A stretch of 33,604 nt of DNA from an uncultured Chlorobiaceae bacterium. GTDB lineage: Bacteria > Bacteroidota > Chlorobiia > Chlorobiales > Chlorobiaceae. The stretch's first letter is position 1, and each line of letters begins with the position of its first letter. Under the pieces are notes generated by a model. That model saw only the letters and a list, made by a program, of their open reading frames with translations, did not search any database and was not told the DNA's origin. The stretch is taken from positions 1 through 33,604 of the forward strand of contig CAIVCU010000378.1 in NCBI GenBank assembly GCA_903904495.1, written 5' to 3'. Below, one piece after another: positions 30,029 to 33,604 of this stretch. The position numbers were made by a program, and so were the translations under genes.

Positions 30029-30136
30029 ATAGATGCGATAGATATCATCTGCCCCTGTCGGGGAAAAGGATTATGTTGTAGATTACCTGTTGATTATTTG
30101 AAGAGTGGATTTTTTTAAAATCAATCGAAAGTAGCA

Positions 30137-31330
<1,194 letters not shown>

Positions 31331-31383
31331 CCGGTTCCGCACATTAAAGAAAATCCTGAGGGATTTAATTTTGATACGCCTGA

Positions 31384-31404
31384 TCCCGCTGATAATCAGC
31401 GGGA
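31384..31404. repeat. Perfect inverted repeat (10 bp + 1 nt + 10 bp) between pgk and the rhomboid gene
   Basis: TCCCGCTGAT-A-ATCAGCGGGA. Confidence 0.8.
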
Positions 31405-31425
31405 AGGGCAGAATGATAACGCTTG

Positions 31426-32241
31426 ATGAACTATTCCAACCAGCCATACAGTCCCGGAGGCTTCCAGTTTATACCTCCGGCGATTAAAACAATTATCCTG
31501 ATTAACGTTGCGGTCTTTATACTGCAGCTGTCTCCGTTCGGCGAAACCATTCTCGCCCTCGGTTCACTGTGGCCGATCGGCTCCGGCAACTTCCGTATAT
31601 GGCAGCCTTTGACCTACATGTTTATCCACGGAGGAGGCACACACCTCTTCTTCAATATGTTCGCACTCTGGATGTTCGGGGCTGAAATTGAAAATTACTG
31701 GGGCACCCGGCAGTTCAACACCTATTATTTTATCTGCGGTATCGGAGCCGCTATAATCAACCTGCTGGCCACCATCGGCGATCCCTATCCAACTGTTGGA
31801 GCTTCAGGTGCCATTTACGGCGTACTGCTTGCCTTCGGCATGATGTTCCCCGACCGTTATATTTTTCTCTATTTCCTCTTTCCCGTCAAGGCAAAGTATT
31901 TTATCGCGGGTTATGCGCTCATAGAATTCTTCTCCGGGTTCGGCAGCCGCTCCATGGGCAGCGGCAGCAACATTGCCCATTTTGCGCACCTCGGGGGAAT
32001 GCTTATCGGTTTCATCTACATTTCCATCAAACGGGCCGAGTGGTCATTTTCCGGACTTACCGATAAAATCCGCTCCCTGGGAAAAAAGAAAACCGGACCT
32101 CGTCTTCATCGAACCAACAGGGTGGAGCCGCCGGTGTCTGAAGCGGAAATCAATGCCATCCTCGATAAAATTTCAGCGAATGGTTACGCCTCATTAACTG
32201 CCGAAGAGCGCCGCAAACTCCTCAAGGCCGGCGGCAAGTGA
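31426..32241 (+). CDS. Rhomboid intramembrane serine protease with a small C-terminal cytoplasmic domain
   Basis: WQPLTYMFIHGG.THLFFNM, catalytic GASG Ser and AHFAHLGG His. C-terminal 'INAILDKIS..GYASLT..ER..L' domain. Confidence 0.93.
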   Translation: MNYSNQPYSPGGFQFIPPAIKTIILINVAVFILQLSPFGETILALGSLWPIGSGNFRIWQPLTYMFIHGGGTHLFFNMFALWMFGAEIENYWGTRQFNTYYFICGIGAAIINLLATIGDPYPTVGASGAIYGVLLAFGMMFPDRYIFLYFLFPVKAKYFIAGYALIEFFSGFGSRSMGSGSNIAHFAHLGGMLIGFIYISIKRAEWSFSGLTDKIRSLGKKKTGPRLHRTNRVEPPVSEAEINAILDKISANGYASLTAEERRKLLKAGGK

Positions 32242-32260
32242 TCCTTCAGTAACGGCCCCT

Positions 32261-33604
32261 TCAGCAGGGGCTCGTCCGCTCAAAGCATGCCACGCTTTCA
32301 ATGTGGCTGGTATGCGGAAACATGTCGACCGGCTGCACCGAGAGAAGAGTGTAGCCGTGTGTACATATCTCTTTCCCGTCCCGCGCAAGGCTGGCTGGGT
32401 TGCAGCTTACATAGACGATTCTCCTTGGCCTGAGCCGGATCATCGTAGCCAGAGCCTTCGGCTGCATCCCGGCCCTTGGAGGATCGGTAATAATCACCCC
32501 CGGATTATCATAGTGTTCAAGCGTTCCTAACAGCGCTTGAAAATCCTTGAGGTCAACCTTGTAAAACTCCGCATTGGTAATACCGTTCAGCAGGGCATTG
32601 GAGCGCGCATCGTTGATGGAGCTTTCAACCACTTCAAGCCCGATAATCTGCCGGCAGTGGTTTGCCAGATAGAGTGTTATGGTTCCGGTTCCGCAATAGA
32701 GGTCATAGACTGTATCCTCCGGCTTCAGATCTCCAACCGCGAGAATGGCTTTGTAGAGCACTTCCGCCTGTGAGGAGTTGGTCTGGAAAAATGAGTTCGC
32801 CGATATCCTGAAATCATGGCTGCCGAGGCGCTCGGTAATATAGCCGTCGCCGCTCAGGGTAAACTCTTCATCGCCTGTGGCAACGCCGTTCATCCGTTGA
32901 GTCACATTATTCAGCACCGTCATCTTCACGCCTTCCATCCCCGACTCCAGGTGATTGCGGTATCGCTGCATGATATCCTCGTCATACCATGAGGTGACAA
33001 GGTTGACCATAACCTCTTCACGGTTCTCGCTGAAGCGGACCACAAGATTGCGCAAATACCCGGTATGCGCTCTTGCCGAATAGGGCTCAAGGGCATTGGC
33101 AAGGACAAACTCCCTGGTCAGTTTAAGCACCTTGTTCATTGACTCTTTGGCGAGATAACAGTAGTCGATGTCAATCACCTTTTCAAAATTGCCGGGCGTG
33201 TGGAAGCCAAGTGCAAAATCCTTCGGGCGGTCAAGTGTTTCCATCGAGAGCTCTTCCTGCAGCAGATAGCGCATGTTTGAAAACGAGAACTCTATCTTGT
33301 TCCGGTAGTGGAAAGGATCGGCACAGGGAACAGCAGGGGCAACCGGTGGATTAATAAAATCCCCGAGGTGCTCAAGGGCATCTTTCACCTTTTTCTGTTT
33401 ATACTGAAGCTGGGCCTCATAACGGATATGCATCAGCTTGCATCCGCCGCAAACCCCGAAATAGCTGCATAGTGGTTCGGTCCGGTCGGGAGATGGCTCA
33501 AGCACCTCAACCACAAATGCCTCGATATAGCGCTGCCTGACTTTTTTTATCTTTGCCGACACCAGGTCGCCTACGGCAAGCATCCCGCTGACCATAACCC
33601 CCAT
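32261..33604 (-). CDS. rlmD: 23S rRNA (uracil-5)-methyltransferase RlmD/RumA family; 5' end probably outside the window
   Basis: Partial TRAM domain, Fe-S motif C.YFGVCGGC, YRNK, SFFQTN, DLYCGTG, DPPRAG, YVSCNP and DMFPHT.HIE. Confidence 0.92.
   Translation of the reverse strand: MGVMVSGMLAVGDLVSAKIKKVRQRYIEAFVVEVLEPSPDRTEPLCSYFGVCGGCKLMHIRYEAQLQYKQKKVKDALEHLGDFINPPVAPAVPCADPFHYRNKIEFSFSNMRYLLQEELSMETLDRPKDFALGFHTPGNFEKVIDIDYCYLAKESMNKVLKLTREFVLANALEPYSARAHTGYLRNLVVRFSENREEVMVNLVTSWYDEDIMQRYRNHLESGMEGVKMTVLNNVTQRMNGVATGDEEFTLSGDGYITERLGSHDFRISANSFFQTNSSQAEVLYKAILAVGDLKPEDTVYDLYCGTGTITLYLANHCRQIIGLEVVESSINDARSNALLNGITNAEFYKVDLKDFQALLGTLEHYDNPGVIITDPPRAGMQPKALATMIRLRPRRIVYVSCNPASLARDGKEICTHGYTLLSVQPVDMFPHTSHIESVACFERTSPC

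Noticed and set aside
32255-32271. GCCCCT-tcagc-AGGGGC hairpin at the rhomboid/rlmD convergence
   Set aside because: The 6-bp stem overlaps the rlmD stop and has no U-tract on either strand, which is too weak to call a terminator.
33602-33604. ATG at the window edge as the rlmD start
   Set aside because: The TRAM domain appears to begin mid-domain, so this is probably an internal Met with the real start outside the window.

Overview
A gene-dense core-genome window, most likely from a green sulfur bacterium (Chlorobiaceae). That assignment is inferred from the style of the AtpE, AtpB and FtsZ sequences and the gene order, not from a database search. In order it contains: SRP (4.5S) RNA cut by the left edge; trpS-HAD phosphatase-argS (+); nadD, bamD and tRNA-Ala(CGC) (-); a split ATP synthase operon with only atpI-like genes, atpB, atpE, atpF and atpH (-); pgeF/yfiH (+); an acetyl-CoA hydrolase/CoA-transferase directly behind a complete dcw cluster (mraZ-rsmH-ftsL-like-ftsI-murE-murF-mraY-murD-ftsW-murG-murC-ftsQ-ftsA-ftsZ, -); a divergent NYN/YacP nuclease-chorismate mutase-mltG unit, pgk and a rhomboid protease (+); and a 5'-truncated rlmD (-). 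I see no mobile element, prophage, CRISPR array or defence island, and no clearly new multi-gene system. The most interesting signals are deviations inside essential proteins: FtsZ has a Gly-to-Lys change in the tubulin signature and two C-terminal peptide motifs, ArgRS has TIGR instead of HIGH, and TrpRS has a putative Fe-S cysteine motif. The CoA-transferase/pgeF arrangement at the end of the dcw operon and several non-coding elements are also worth a look.
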